In this document: positions 30,764 through 44,367 of the stretch, in pieces
Position numbering within the stretch: the stretch's first letter is position 1
How the letters are laid out: each line of letters begins with the position of its first letter
DNA from: Eledone cirrhosa
Lineage: Eukaryota
Assembly: GCA_964016885.1 (NCBI GenBank)
Contig: OZ024744.1
Span: forward strand, 64,542,001 to 64,606,000
Direction of reading: 5' to 3'
Length of the DNA: 64,000 bases
Notes under the pieces: model-generated
Databases searched by the model: none
What the model was told of the DNA's origin: nothing
Seen by the model: the letters and a program-made list of their open reading frames with translations, nothing else
Program-made: the position numbers and the translations under genes

Positions 30764-30950
30764 GTTTCTACTTTAGGCACAAGGCCAGCAATTACCCAGT
30801 GCATTACTGGTACTTTATTTTATCGACCCCGTAAGGATGAAAGGCAGAGTCAACCTCGGCGGGATTTGAACTCAGATCATAAAGGGAGGTAACTCTATGC
30901 TTCAAAGCATGGTGTCCAACCCTCTACTGATACTGCCAATCCATCGCCTT
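30764..30950 (-). mobile_element. Meta/MESC-type SINE, full length
   Basis: A-box-like TGGCAGTATCAG, B box GAGTTCAAATC and Meta-like core on the minus strand. Confidence 0.8.
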
Positions 30951-31094
30951 CTGTAAATAATTGTTTCTACTGTAAATAATGATGATGATTTCTTTTATTT
31001 GCCACAAAGGCACCAAATGAGGGGAACATTACAAGAACAGGTTATATGAAGTGTGGGGGATTTACATAAATATCTAATCTAATCTAATTCTGTC

Positions 31095-31360
31095 TTAAAC
31101 CAGAAGGCTTGTTAGGCAGGTGCTTATCCTGGTTTCATGGTGTGAAGTGACTGATAGTACAAGACTTCCCCCTGGACACGATGCCAGTCCATCACAGGGT
31201 TAAGCTCCCAGCTATTGCTGGTACTCATTTTCAGCTGAGTATACTGCAGCAACATGAAAGTGTTTTGCTCAAGAACACAACACGCAACCCAGCCCAGGAA
31301 TTAAACACAACATTATGATCGTAGATGCAACACCCTTGCCACTAGGCCACGCATCTCCAC
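31095..31360 (-). mobile_element. Decayed tRNA-CORE SINE
   Basis: TGGCCTAGTGG A box and TTCTTGAGCAAAACAC core on the minus strand. Confidence 0.6.
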
Positions 31361-32046
31361 GACATAAATATCGGATAAAGGAAAAATAAAAGTATCTATA
31401 ACACAGATGATGATAAACAGTAGAACTTCTAATAGGAACACAGGAGCAACTCCACAAATCCACTGTCACTATTTCATACTCAAGTGCCAACTTCCAATTT
31501 TTGTTCTCTAACCTGGTAAACACAGTAACCCACTGTAAATAACACTTAATCTTTTTGGTACCAAAACACCTGAAACCGTCTCTGGTTCTATAATACAAAC
31601 TATATTTTAAAGTACAGGTGACCACAAAAACACTCCTTGATTTCAAATACTTACAATATGAAAACTTAAATGAATATTCTTACAATATTGGTGTAGACAG
31701 TTGCATAAACTAACAAAGCTTCATGTGGTATTGGTTGATATCATAGACACTTGATGTGTGCCCCTTTTGTTGTTTCTGTGGTCACCCTATATTTATATTT
31801 ATATAAAAAGTTTTCATCATAATTTTATGCAAGAACCTTTAAGTTGTTACAAGCACCAGCTAAATAATGAGGAAGTTAGTTACATTACGAAACCCCTTAA
31901 AATTCTTATTTTCAAAATTATTTGATAATTATATGCAATGAGTTTCATTAGAAATATGGTAATGAATAACGCTTAATGTCCTGTACTACATAAAACCACA
32001 TTAACAAGACATTCTGAAAATGTTCAAAACACATGATTGCATCACA

Positions 32047-32431
32047 TTAACCCTTTAGCATTTAAATCGGCTGTATCCGGCCAGAATTCTGTTCAAACTG
32101 GCTGTAACTGGCCACTCATACTTATGTTAAGGTATTGTTCTCAAAATAAATAAAATCAAAATCTTGTGAATTCAATATAATGTGAGGTATTTATGTGAGA
32201 TAAAGCTTTTATTGTGAAAATACAATAGTATATACATAGTGTAAATGTTAAAAGGTTAAACCGACCATATCTGGCCAGAATTCTCTCACCTCTTTCTGTT
32301 CAAACTGGCTGTAACCAGCCACTCATACTGATGTTAAGGTATTGTTCTCAAAATAAATATCAAAATTTCATAGATTCGGTATTATGTGAAATACCATGAA
32401 AATATAATAGTAAATCTAGAGTAATGTAAAT
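32047..32431. mobile_element. Two adjoining piggyBac-like MITE P1 copies
   Basis: TTAA at 32047 and 32256; duplicated internal sequence. Confidence 0.75.
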
Positions 32432-33007
32432 TTTAGTTTACAACAAATTTTTCACAATAGTCTATTCAGTAGTAAAGATATCTTTAAGAAAACAACTTTT
32501 TAGGATATTTTCTGCTAAATCATTACAGGATGTTAAGAGTTAAAGTGATAGTTCACTGCAAATAACGGTTAACATGCCATATTTAAGGATACTGACAATT
32601 ATTAGCTATACTGTGTGTACATATAACACATGCACACACATACATGCATGCATGAGTTGTATCTAAGTGTGCTATATGTGTAAGACAGTTAATTCTCCTT
32701 ACATTTAAGTGAAGCTCAACTTTCAACACAGGCGATTATATTAGGGTTTCCTGGTGACTAAAACAGGAAATTAATTCAAAATCTACAACAGCAGCTTCTG
32801 CTGCTGTTGTAGTTGTTGTTCTAAGTACAAAGCTAGATAAAGTTAGTGTGTGTGGGCTGTGCAGTAAATGAACTTAACTAGGGCTTAAATAATGGAGGGG
32901 GTAATATGAAACTCAGTCCTTCCTCTGCCACATTGTTAAAGACTTCAAACTAATTTAGGACAGAAAAAACATTTTAATTGGAAAATAAGAATTTAATGAA
33001 ACATTAA

Positions 33008-33262
33008 TGGTGTAGTGGTGGCAGTGTTGTTACTAGTGGTGGTGGTGGGGGTGATGGTAGTGCTGATGGTGGTTGTGATGGTCGGTGGTGGTGATGATGG
33101 TGGTGGTGTGGTAATGGTGGTTGTGGTGGTAAGTGGGGGTGATGGTAGTGTTGATGGTAGTGGTGATGATGATGGTGGTGGTTGGTGATGATTTTAGTGG
33201 TGGCAGTAGAAGAAACATTAGTGCTGGGATATGATGATGATGATGATGATGATGATGATGGC
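33008..33262. repeat. (GGT)/(GAT) triplet low-complexity tract
   Basis: Direct observation. Confidence 0.85.
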
Positions 33263-34167
33263 GGCAGGGAGTTAACACTATGATTGACTGGTGTACTGTC
33301 CATGGGGAAGTCTTGTACTCTCAGATACTTTAACACCAATGAAACAGGGATAAGCACCAGCCTGACAAGCTTCCTGGCTTGAGACAGACTTTTTCATAGT
33401 TGATTTAGTTAACACTAATACTTCACTGGTGCTTTTTGTTTGACCTCAGGAAGGATGAAAGTAAACTCATAACATCCTGTAATGGTTTAGCAAGGCAGCA
33501 AATTGGTAGAGTCATTAAAACGTTGGATAGAATGCTTTTATGGTATTCGTTCCAGCTCTCTGCTCTCTGAGTTCAAATCCCGCCAAGGTCAACTTTGCCT
33601 TTCATCCTTTCAAGGTCGACAAAAAAAGTACCAGTCTAGTACTGGGTTCGATTCTTCCTTTATATCACTTTCTCATTTCCCTCTCTCTCTCTCACTTTCT
33701 ATCTTTCTCTGGAAGAAATCTGCTGTACTCAGGCCTGGAGAGGGATGGGCTCCGCCAGGCTTAAATTGCCCAAGAAATGCTGTATGTCAATACAGCGTCA
33801 CTACAACTCTATCGGGAGTTACAGGACCATACATAAATACAATGTTTTAGCAGAAAATATATAAAAACAGGTTTGTTAATTCAAATGCTTATAGTATCTT
33901 TACTGCAGGACAGATTGTTGTGAAAATTTTCAGTAAACTAAAGACTATAATTTTTGTGATGCAGTCACAGTGTTGTTTTGTTCTTAATGAGAATGTCTTG
34001 TTAATGTGGCTTCATGTTGTACATGACATTAAAAGTTAAAGTCAAACCCAGCAGGATTTGGATGCTGAACTAAGTTGTCTGAGAGTTTACCTTTTACCAG
34101 TGCCTTCAAAAATAATGCAATGCAGTTCATTGTGCCTGGCATTTTACCCTTTATGCTATCTGTTAAT

Positions 34168-34826
34168 AATGGTTTCTGATTTAGGCATAAGGCCAACAAT
34201 TTTGGGGAAAGTTGATTAAATCAACCTCAGTACATTACTGGTACTTTATTTTATTGACCCCATAAGGATGAAAGGCAAAGCTAACCTCGCTGGGATTTAA
34301 AGGGCCGTAACAATATGCTGTAAAGCATGTTGCCTGATGCTCTACCGATACTGCCAATCCACCACCCATATTATCTGATAATAATTGTTTCTACTTTTGG
34401 CACAAGGCCAGCAATTACCCCAGTGTATTGCTGGTACTTTATTTTATTGACCCCGTAAGGATGAAAGGCAAAGTTAACCTCGGCGGGATTTGAACTCAGA
34501 ATGGCAAGGGCCATAACTCTATACGTCAAAGCATGGTGTCCGACTCTCTACCGATACCGCCAATCCACCGCCTTATAACTGTTTCTACTTTTGGCACAAG
34601 GCCAGCAAATTATCCAGTACATTACTGGTACTTTATTTTATCGATCCCGAAAGGATGAAAGGCAAAGTCAACTTCGGCGGGATTTAAACTCAGTCCGACT
34701 CTCTACCGATACTGCCAATCCATCTGATAATAATTGTTTCTACTTTAGGCACAAGGCCAGCAATTACCCAGTGCATTACTGGTACTTTATTTTATCGACC
34801 CCGTAAGGATGAAAGGCAAAGTCGAT
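34168..34826 (-). mobile_element. Tandem cluster of four Meta/MESC-type SINE copies
   Basis: Unit starts near 34168, 34383, 34578 and 34732. Confidence 0.8.
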
Positions 34827-35539
34827 CTCTAACATGAAGGACAGAAATCTTGAACAAGGAAACAAACCAATCATAGAAGGCTGAAAGACTTAAACTCAGA
34901 ATGTAAAAAGGAAAGACAGACATGTCTAAACATTGGGAAAGGTATTTTCTCTGATTCTCTGCCAAATTGTATCACTTCATCAATATATCTGGATAACAAG
35001 TTGGTTGGTTTGTAGGGGGAGGGGTGCAGGAAGAGGAAGAGAGAGAGAGAGAAATGAGTAGAAATGAAGGAATATGAAGAGAAATAGAGGTAGGAGGAAG
35101 TGTATGATGCAGAAGAGTAGGAGAGTTGGTGCGGTGTGGTGTGGGGGAGTAAAACATTTTTCACAGTAAATATGTAATTGAGTTTGACTCGTTAAATGGG
35201 GACAAAATTAGAGTTCTAACGAATATTTTTCAGGGAAATTATTTCTGTTCCTGGACAAATTAATTCAAAGTACTTAATTGGAGTAAATTATATACGTATG
35301 TGTGCATATGAGTGTATGTATGTGTGTGTGTACGTATGGCTTAAATTACATAACTATATATCAATTTCATGAGAATATAGTAAATAACACACAATAAATA
35401 AATAAAAAAATTAAAGAATGAAAAAAAGAAAATGTTATTTTAGCAAGGTCAAAAGGAAGTTACAACTTAGCACAAATATGATATTTCTATTAAGACTTAT
35501 TTATTCATTTATTTTATATTGCAATTTGTGAATGCTGGC

Positions 35540-36510
35540 GTTACTAGTTACAGTATTCCAATGGATCAATCATCATTGGTTTACTTCATTTCTGATGATG
35601 AGCGTGATAAAAAGGTGTGTACCTAATGCAAAGGCTTCATTCCTAAAGCTCAAGTTTTTTTTTTTTGGGGGGGGGGGGGGGGGGTTAGCTGGGTAGTTAG
35701 AGAATCCTGTACCAGGGGAAAAAAGTATAGCGGACACCCTCTTACTTGTGAGGCAGCTGCAGGAGAAGTACCTAGCTAAAAGTAAACCCCTCTATTTGGC
35801 ATTTATTGACTTAGATAAAACTTTTGACATTCTGTAATATGGAGGGGGTCCTTAGGAATCTAGAAGTAGAAGAATGACTTGTAAAAGGCAGTATAAACCA
35901 TTACAGAGATGCTGTCAGCAAAGTTAAAATTAATAATGACTACAGCAAGGAGTTTACTGTCCAAATTAGGGTCCACCTAGGCTCCATCCTTAGCCCTCTT
36001 CTGTTTATCATCATCACCCAGGCTATAACAGAAGAGTTTAAAATAGGATGCCCTAGAGAACTCCTGTATGCTGATGATCTAACTCTCATAGCTAAATCTA
36101 TGAGAGAACTAGAGAAGAAATTCCTGTGTACGAACAGCAATGTTGCATGGTAGTGTGACCTGGATGCTGTGTGCAGAGAACTTGCAAAGATTGGAAAGAA
36201 ATTAAGCTTCCACACTTTGATGGATATGCAATAGTAATATACATCAACAGCAAAACATAAATGAACTGAGAGAGAAATTGAGCACAAGATGAATCAGATG
36301 CAGTGTGCAGGAGAGGAGATTGCATTGGTATGGACATGTGATGCATATAAAGGCTGACAGCTGTAGAAAAAGGTGCAAGGTGTTCTAAGTTGATGGAAGC
36401 TATGGAGTAGGAAGATCTAGGAAGACTTGAGATGAAGTGATAAAACCTGACATTGCACAATTGCACTGCTCTAGTGATAGTGACATGAAAATGCACCTGG
36501 AACACTCCAT
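35540..36510 (+). pseudogene. Decayed RTE LINE RT
   Basis: [50 protein letters not shown]. An internal deletion removes the PHD-containing segment. Confidence 0.85.
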
Positions 36511-37329
36511 AAGGGTGGTTGGAAACAGGAAGGTTACCCTGTTGTAAAAACCATGACTAAAAGGGTTGAGAGGACCCTTTAGTTGTGCCGAAGACACAAC
36601 AACCTCTCCAGTGTTAGTGATCTACACAAGAAATGTACCCAATACATGGTGTAAAGTGGTTGGTATTAGGAAGTGTCCAGCCATAGAAAGCTTGCCAAAT
36701 AAAGGGTTTGGAGATCTCTTAGTTGTATCAAGGACACAACAACCTCCTTAATGAAAACACACACAGTACATGCTGTAAAGTGGTTGGTGATAGGAAGGAT
36801 ATCCAGCCATAGAAATTTTGCCAAACAAATGGTTCATCTAAACAAAAACCTTCTGTACACGCTGTTATGTGTTTGGGAAGACGCTTTAGTTTGTAGCAAA
36901 AGCTACAACTTTTCTACACTCAATAGAACATATGACTGTTCGTAAGCAGGACACAAACCCCTCAACCTGTTTGGGAGGTCAGTAGCCCTGCTTCAGTACT
37001 GACTTGGTCTATGCTAGCAGGGAAAGCAGACATTAAATGATGATGATGATGATGATGAGATATATACCTTTGTTTTAGGATTTAGGACACATGACATCCA
37101 ATTGTCTTAACTGAAAAACTTGTAAATATAAGCCAATAATGGAATTTTTATATTGTCACGTAACATGCTCAATGAAAGAGCTGTCGCTTTAAGAAATTCC
37201 CTGCTGTATTTAAAATAGAGATATAATACAAGCTAGGAATAACAGTTTCTATGTAGTCATTTGCTATGCTTTAATGCTAAAAGACAAATCTCCCAACAAT
37301 TGCTCTTTGAGATAATTTTGCAAGGTGCT

Positions 37330-37720
37330 AATGACTAGTGGTTATATAGTAGTGTTTGGTGGTTGTATATTGAATGTCTTGTGGTGGTGATAGTTATATA
37401 GTGATGTTTGGTGCTGAAGGATGATTATAGATATATAGTGATGATGGCTGGTGAGGGTTATATAGTGATGATGGCTGGTGAGGGTTATATAGTGATGATG
37501 CCTGGTGATGGTTTTATGTTGATGGTGGTTGTTATATGTAGTAATGGTGTCTGGTGATAGTTATATGTAGTGATGATGGTTGGTGGTTATATAGTGATGG
37601 TAGTGCTTATATAGCGATGGTGTCTGGTGATGGTAGTAGTTACAGTGATGATGTCTGGTGGTAGTTATATAGTGAAGTTTGATGATGGTGGTAGCTATAT
37701 AGTGATGATTATATAGTAAC
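37330..37720. repeat. Degenerate GTTATATAGTGATGATG minisatellite
   Basis: Recurrent motif with a ~25-bp period in places. Confidence 0.7.
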
Positions 37721-39249
37721 TGTGATTGGTCGGGGTTATTTTGCCCTAGGAAACCCTCATCAAGCAAAACTCTGATCAAAAGCTGTGGTCATTCCTATTT
37801 TTTTTAGGGATGTGTAGGATTATATGATGTAATGTGTCCTGTCTTTGTCAAAGAGAACAGTTATTTCACAGAGACTTTTGTTGCTATTTCTAGCAAGGGA
37901 AATGACCATGTAGAGGCTCCTTCATTGGTCTCCACAAAGTATGATTGCATTAACTGGTTGGAAAACTTGAAATAGAAATGTACAGCTGGGCTATATATTT
38001 GTCCCTTAGTTACAAATCAAAATATTCCCACTGAACGATTACTGTATGGTTGCAAGCAGGACCCTTGGAAAAGCTTGCAATCATGCAATAGTCCATAGGG
38101 AGCAAAAGGAACTAAAGAAGAAGAAGCAGTAAAGTTGCAATCATTTGACCACAAGAGCAACTCCATCAAACATTCAACTGGCCAACATAAATAAGTAGGC
38201 TTACAACCAATATAAGCTGGTAACATTATGGCTGAAGCTTTCAACCAACAGTGAATCAACAGCTGAATGGAAGAATCTACATTGTAAAATGGTTGTGTAG
38301 GTGTCATGACAAAAAGTGCCAGTCCTCACAGTAAACTGGTTGTGTAGGTGTCATGACAAAAAGCACCCAGTCAACACCGTAAAGTGGTCATGTTGGCGAC
38401 ACAACATAAAACACCCAGTACACACTGTAAATGTAGTTGGCATTAGGAAAGGCATTCAGCTGTAGAAACCAAGCTAAAATCAGTTCTGTATGATCAAAAC
38501 ACGATCCTCTGACTTGATCTCTCACAAAGGAACAGCCCATTCTACCCATGTTAGCGTGGAAAATGGACATTAAATAATGATTAATTCCAGTGAAGTGACA
38601 GAGATGGTAAAAAGCAGGATTTAATGTTAGGAGATTTTTTTTCTACAAAGACTGACTTTACTTTCCAACCAGTTATTGGTTTTTAACAGACCAATCACTG
38701 AGAGCAACAGTGACAAGAAATGTCTATGTAATGCCATGAGAACAAACATCAAAATATCACAAAGAAGTTTGTTCAAAAAGCACCAGTCTTTCATTTTTTC
38801 TTGTATATGTTTACATCTTTTACCAAAAGATATACATACATGTGTATACACACACACACACATACAGCATATATATACCTCAAATTTTCCACCTACTAAA
38901 TTCCACTCACAAGGTATTGGTCAAGCTGAAGCTATAGAAAACAGTTGGCCCAAGTTTTACAGTGGGACTGGGTCCAAAAGCAGATAGTTGCAGAGCCCAT
39001 AGATATAAGTCAAGTATTAGGGTCATATCCCAATATTTGTGGCTTTTTTTGCTAATGTTAGAAATCATTTAATATGCAATAATACAGGCAATATTTATTA
39101 GAATGCTGTTGAAGTGTGTATACATTTTCTTGGGATACCCTGTATATCTAATATTTTCATAAATATTCAATATATTTTCATTTATCTAACTCCTCTGATT
39201 TTGTGAACTGCAAGCCAAGTTTACAACGTGAGTGGATCAGCTCAAGTAT

Positions 39250-39400
39250 GAAATGTGAGTGGTAAATCTGTGTAATGTGAGTGGTATATCTGTGCAATAT
39301 GAGTGGTATATCTGTGTAATGTGAGTGGTATATCTGTGTAATGTGAGTGGTCAATCAAGTGCATAATGTGCATTGTGGGTCAAAATGTGTAATGTGGGTG
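39250..39400. repeat. 21-bp minisatellite
   Basis: AATGTGAGTGGTATATCTGTG repeats. Confidence 0.8.
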
Positions 39401-39494
39401 GCAGGTCACATGTTTTGCATAAGTAAATAGCAGTTGATATGCATGTTAGCATTGAAACGTTGACTTTTGACTAACAAATCAAATCCCCAAATAT

Positions 39495-39698
39495 GCATTT
39501 AAACCTGCCATATCTAGCCAGAATTTTCTCACCTCTTTCTGTTCAAATTGACCATAACCAGTTGCTCATAATTATGTTACAGTATTGTTCTCAAAATAAA
39601 TAATATCAAATTCTCGTCAATTCAATATTATGTGAGATAAAGTGTTAACCATGAAAATATAATAGTAAATATAGAGGAATGTAAATGCTAAAGGGTTA
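39495..39698. mobile_element. piggyBac-like MITE P1
   Basis: Right end TAAATGCTAAAGGG-TTAA and matching internal sequence. Confidence 0.75.
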
Positions 39699-40340
39699 AG
39701 CTGCTTATGAATACAAAATATCTACATAATTATTACAATACATGTGTGTGCATGTGAGAGTACATAAACTAGCTGGCTACATAGTATTGCCTTGAGGGGT
39801 GGGGTGGAAAAATGTCAGAGATTCAGTTTTTTTTAATATCCCTGCATTATTTAACCTTAACCTTGCACCCTGAACCCTAGCTATAAACCTAACTGCAAAC
39901 TCTAAACCATAAAGCTTAGACCCTAACCATAAATCTATACATAAATCATCATTACCATCATCACTTACTGTCAGTATTCCCTCATAGCAAGGGCTGAACT
40001 GTATGTGTGGGTGTCTGTGTGTCTATGTGTATATATATATTGAGATGGAATGGAGACATCTCGCTCAGACTCGTAACACCAGACTCATCAAATTTCATGC
40101 TGTTCTCACGTGTCGAGGTGGACAGAGTCACAACATCAGATTCACCAAACATTGTGTCGTTGTGCAATATCGTTGTCACCTATATTAGTGGGTGACCCAA
40201 AATAGCTCTGGTGTCACAAGTGGAAGGGGCCAAAACACCTAACCTAGAGTTACTTCACCACCAGATGAGACATCAGCTCCTGCTTTCGGGGACAGAGTAC
40301 AGCAGCACCTTCAGCACTGACCTGTGTTTTCCAAGCAACA

Positions 40341-40343
<3 letters not shown>

Positions 40344-40430
<87 letters not shown>

Positions 40431-40436
40431 GCGTGC
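40344..40436. repeat. (GT)n microsatellite
   Basis: Direct observation. Confidence 0.97.
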
Positions 40437-40455
40437 ATATATATATATATATATA

Positions 40456-40992
40456 TACACTATGTGTCAATGATTGTCACAGGTGTAGTGTTTGTACCAG
40501 AGTTTTCAAGTCGCTGGCTGGACTAAAAAGTCGCACTCGTTCAGCGCATCGGTAGGAGTTCTCCTACATGGATATAAAGTAGTGGCCATACTCGAAAACG
40601 AGTTGGCAGCCACCATGTATATATATATATATGTATGTATGTATATATTATACATATGTATATACATGCAAAGATGTTGACTTGTTCTTCTTTTTGGTAA
40701 ATATCATCTTCGTTGAGAGAGTGGGAATGGCTTTGTGCAGTGCCTTTGCTCATTATAAAAGCTTCACGGCACAGGCATTGCTTTATATCTGGAGATCTCT
40801 CTGCACTTGTCGTCACATGGTACCATGGGCCCAGCACTATGTGACAATAATTGTCACAAGTGTAGTGTTTGTACCAGAGTTTTCAAGTCGCTGGCTGGAC
40901 TAAAAAGTCACACTCGTTCAGCGCATCGGTAGGGGTTCTCCTACATGGATATAAAGTAGTGGCCGTACTCAAAAACGAGTTGGCAGCCACCA
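40456..40992 (+). mobile_element. Two tandem 3' pieces of the non-autonomous RTE derivative
   Basis: 40456-40615 and 40670-40992 both end GAGTTGGCAGCCACCA followed by TA. Confidence 0.8.
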
Positions 40993-41003
40993 TATATATA
41001 TAT

Positions 41004-41198
41004 ATAGGAACGAGTAGGACCCCGACGGCTGAGCTCAAGCCGTTTCGACGGCTAATTCTGGCGTCCAGAATTAGCCGTCGAAATGGCTTGAGCTCACCCG
41101 TCGGGGTCCTACTCATTCCTATTACCCCCTCTACTACCCTAAGTATTGAGTACTTTGGTGCGTTATGGTCCACCTGGTTCCTTACCACATTTGCTCCG

Positions 41199-41200
<2 letters not shown>
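41004..41200 (+). mobile_element. Fold-back pLTR-like repeat (family F)
   Basis: ~58-bp arms at 41004-41061 and 41065-41122, then CTACTACCCTAAGTATTGAGTACT..GGTTCCTTACCAC shared with 57937 and 62255. Confidence 0.7.
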
Positions 41201-41249
<49 letters not shown>

Positions 41250-41867
41250 GATGATGATGGTGACAAATACACATATATTACATATACACATATATACACG
41301 CATCCAACCATTCCTAGCAGAGAAAGTGGACGTTAAAATGACAATGACATATATACAAACCTACACATGTGATCTACAGCTATGATAGAATTAGAAAACA
41401 AGTTTAATTGATTATGACCTAATGCTATAATGAAATTATAAACCAAGTTAAATTAATCAACTTTAATCATGAGTCCTCAATCATACATTAATTCAGTTGA
41501 AAAGCAGAGATTACTTTTCAAAGAATGCATCTAATGTTATATGCATATACTTTTAGTTTTTTTCTCACTATGCAATTTATGTGAGCAAGATATTATGTCC
41601 AAAGAAACCTCTTTGTCTTGCTGTCCAGGTAATTCTCAGTAAACTGATGCAGTTTCTGAAGACTTCAATAGTAAGAATTCCTTCTGATATTAATGACGCT
41701 ACTCTGGGATAGAGTCTTCTCAAACTATGCAATGAGGGTATTGCAATTAGAAAGTTACATTATGATGCTGTTCATTAATGATTGAACAATCCAAGCCCAG
41801 AAATTTGTAAGCACTGGCATTATAGATACATTTATTTTTAGCAATAGGAACAATCAGTTTTGAAATG

Positions 41868-41970
41868 TACTTTATTTACTCGAATATAAGCTGATCTAAA
41901 TATAAGCTGACTCCTTATTTTATGCCTGAAAAATGGGCAAAAATCCAAACCCCGTATTTAAGCTGTGGCT
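41868..41970 (+). mobile_element. pogo/Tigger-like DNA transposon terminus
   Basis: TAC..TATTTACTCGAATATAAGC with repeated TATAAGC subterminal motifs. Confidence 0.4.
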
Positions 41971-42214
41971 TCTAATCATCACAATGATTAGATTACGAGG
42001 TTTTGAAATTCTCCTGAATGGAAAATATATTTATGAAGTTTTAATATTTTGTTAAAGCTTTTTGATACCAATTCAACCAAACTACCTCTGGTTCTATGAA
42101 ACAAAGCTATTCATTTTAAATTATTCATATTTAATTTAAAATCTTCCAACATAACTTGATATAAGAACTATGAGTCAAATTGTGTTACAAACATTATTGC
42201 AATACATTATTGTA

Positions 42215-42400
42215 GTGGATTGGCAGTATCGGTAGAGGGTCGGACGCTATGCTTTCCAGCATAGTTACGTCCCTTTACGATCTGAGTTCAAATCCCGCCG
42301 AGGTTGACTTTGCCTTTCATCCTTACGGGGTCGATAAAATAAAGTACCAGTAATGCACTGGGTAATTGCTGGCCTTGTGCCTAAAGTAGAAACAATTATT
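42215..42400 (+). mobile_element. Meta/MESC-type SINE, full length
   Basis: TGGCAGTATCGG A-box-like, GAGTTCAAATC B box, GCCTTTCATCCTTACGGGGTCGATAAA core. Confidence 0.85.
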
Positions 42401-42796
42401 GTAATATTGAATAATTTCTTATAAATTTCTTTCATACTTTTCATTGATTAATTCAGACACAGTATTTCATAAAAAATATGTCAATGAAAGGTTTAAAGTA
42501 TTGAGTAAGTGACAAGGGTGCCAGTGTTTGTATTTTGAGAGAAAAAAAAACTCTAAAGTGAGAAACTGTTCAATACTTTCAATACTTTTAGCTTTAACTC
42601 GTTATGTTGTGGTGGTGGTGGTGGTTTGCTGGTAGTTGTGGTAGTGGTGAAATTAACAGAAAAGTTTCTGTTGACAATATCTGCAGCCACTGTATTCATA
42701 AGATCAAATCTAGGGATGTTATGACATGACAGGTGATTCTCCTATGTTTAATTTCATAATAAACTTTAATTAAGGCCAGGCAAAGATAATGTATAC

Positions 42797-42827
<31 letters not shown>

Positions 42828-42921
42828 AACATTATGAGCTTTCTATTATATTCATAAAGGTAATAAAGAATATTATATTGCCACTGCTGATAATGACAAT
42901 AACACCACCAACAATAATAAT

Positions 42922-43265
42922 AATGGTTTCTTATTTAGGCACAAGGCCAGCAATTTTGGGGAAGGGAAAGTCGATTAAATCGCCCCCAGTATGTTAATGG
43001 TGCTTTATGTTATCAACCCCATAAGGACCAAAAGCAAAGTTAGCCTCGGCAGGATTTGAACTCAGAATGTAAAAGACCATAACTCTATGCTGCAAAGCAT
43101 GTTGTCTGATGCTCTACTGATACTGCCAATCCACAATAATAATAATAATTGTTTCTACTTTTGGCACAAGGCCAGCAGTTACCCAGTATGTTACTGGTAC
43201 TTTATTTTATCGACCCCGTAAGGATGAAAGGCAAAGTTAACCTCGGCAGGATTTGAACTCCGATC
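42922..43265 (-). mobile_element. Two Meta/MESC-type SINE copies
   Basis: Same motifs on the minus strand. Confidence 0.8.
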
Positions 43266-43527
43266 ATAAAATATAATAATAATAATGGCAGTGTTACTAC
43301 AACCTTATATTGTAATAAATTTAATTTGTAGTAAATTTAAATTTGAGTATGTGAAAAGTGGTCTGACCGTAAACCAGGACACATCTTTCAGCTGTATAGT
43401 GGATGACTATTAACACTGGTAGAAATCGCACCCCCTCCCACCTCATCTTCTCACTTCACTTTTTGACCTGCTGTGCTTCTCCCTCGATGAGGTAAATGGC
43501 CCTTTTGAATTCTTGTGTTCGAGACAC

Positions 43528-43955
43528 TTAACCCTTTAGCATTTGCCTTACTCTATATATACTATTGTATTTTCACGGTAAATGCTTTACCTCACATAAT
43601 TATCTTGCATAGCATTGAATCTATGAGATTTTGATATTATTTATTTTGAGAACAATACCTTAATGCCGATATGAGCAGCCAGTTACGGCTGATTTGAACA
43701 GAAAGAGGTGAGATAATTCTGGCCGGATACAGCTGGTTTAACCCTTTAAGCGCTTACATTACTCTATATTTACTATTGTATTCTCACGGTAAACACTTTA
43801 TTTCACATAATTATCTCATATAATATCGAACCTACGAAATTTTGATATTTATTTTGAGAACAATACCTTAACATAAGTATGAGCAGCCAGTTATGGTTGG
43901 TTTGAAAAGAAAGAGGTGAGAAAATTCTGGCAGGATACGGCCAGTTTAAGGGTAA
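43528..43955. mobile_element. Two piggyBac-like MITE P1 copies joined at a TTAA
   Basis: TTAACCCTTT at 43528 and 43738. Confidence 0.75.
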
Positions 43956-44261
43956 ATAAAATAGCTAAAATACAACACATGTAAATGAAAGAGAAAGCAG
44001 AAGAGTACTACAGAAAAGTCAGTCAGACTAAACAAGATAATAAGGTTGGCTATACCAGTTATAAACTACAGCTTCAACATAAACTGGAAGTTGAGTGAAT
44101 TGAAAAATAGAGATAGAAATATTCAAAACTACTGACAGCGTACCCGACGCCACCACAAGACAGACAGAATATAAGAAGGTTTGGTAAAAATAGAAAACTA
44201 CTATAAGATAACAACGGTTAAACAGATAAATACAATAAAGAAACATGATATTTATATATAT

Positions 44262-44367
44262 ATAGGGTGCCCCAAAAAATGTATACACACATCAACAGCA
44301 TTCTAATACATATATTGCCTGTATAAGTAATCAAAGTGTGTATGCATATTTTGAGGGACACCCTGTA
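44262..44367. mobile_element. Tc1/mariner-like MITE
   Basis: TIR AGGGTGCCCCAAAAAATGTATACACAC / GTGTGTATGCATATTTTGAGGGACACCCTG with TA flanks. A similar end lies at 39114-39144. Confidence 0.7.

Noticed and set aside
39850-39932. Telomere-like TAACCC tract
   Set aside because: Short and highly degenerate, so not supportable as an interstitial telomere.
40285-40320. Minus-strand CTGAAGG...CGAAAGC
   Set aside because: A9 is missing and helix II does not pair.
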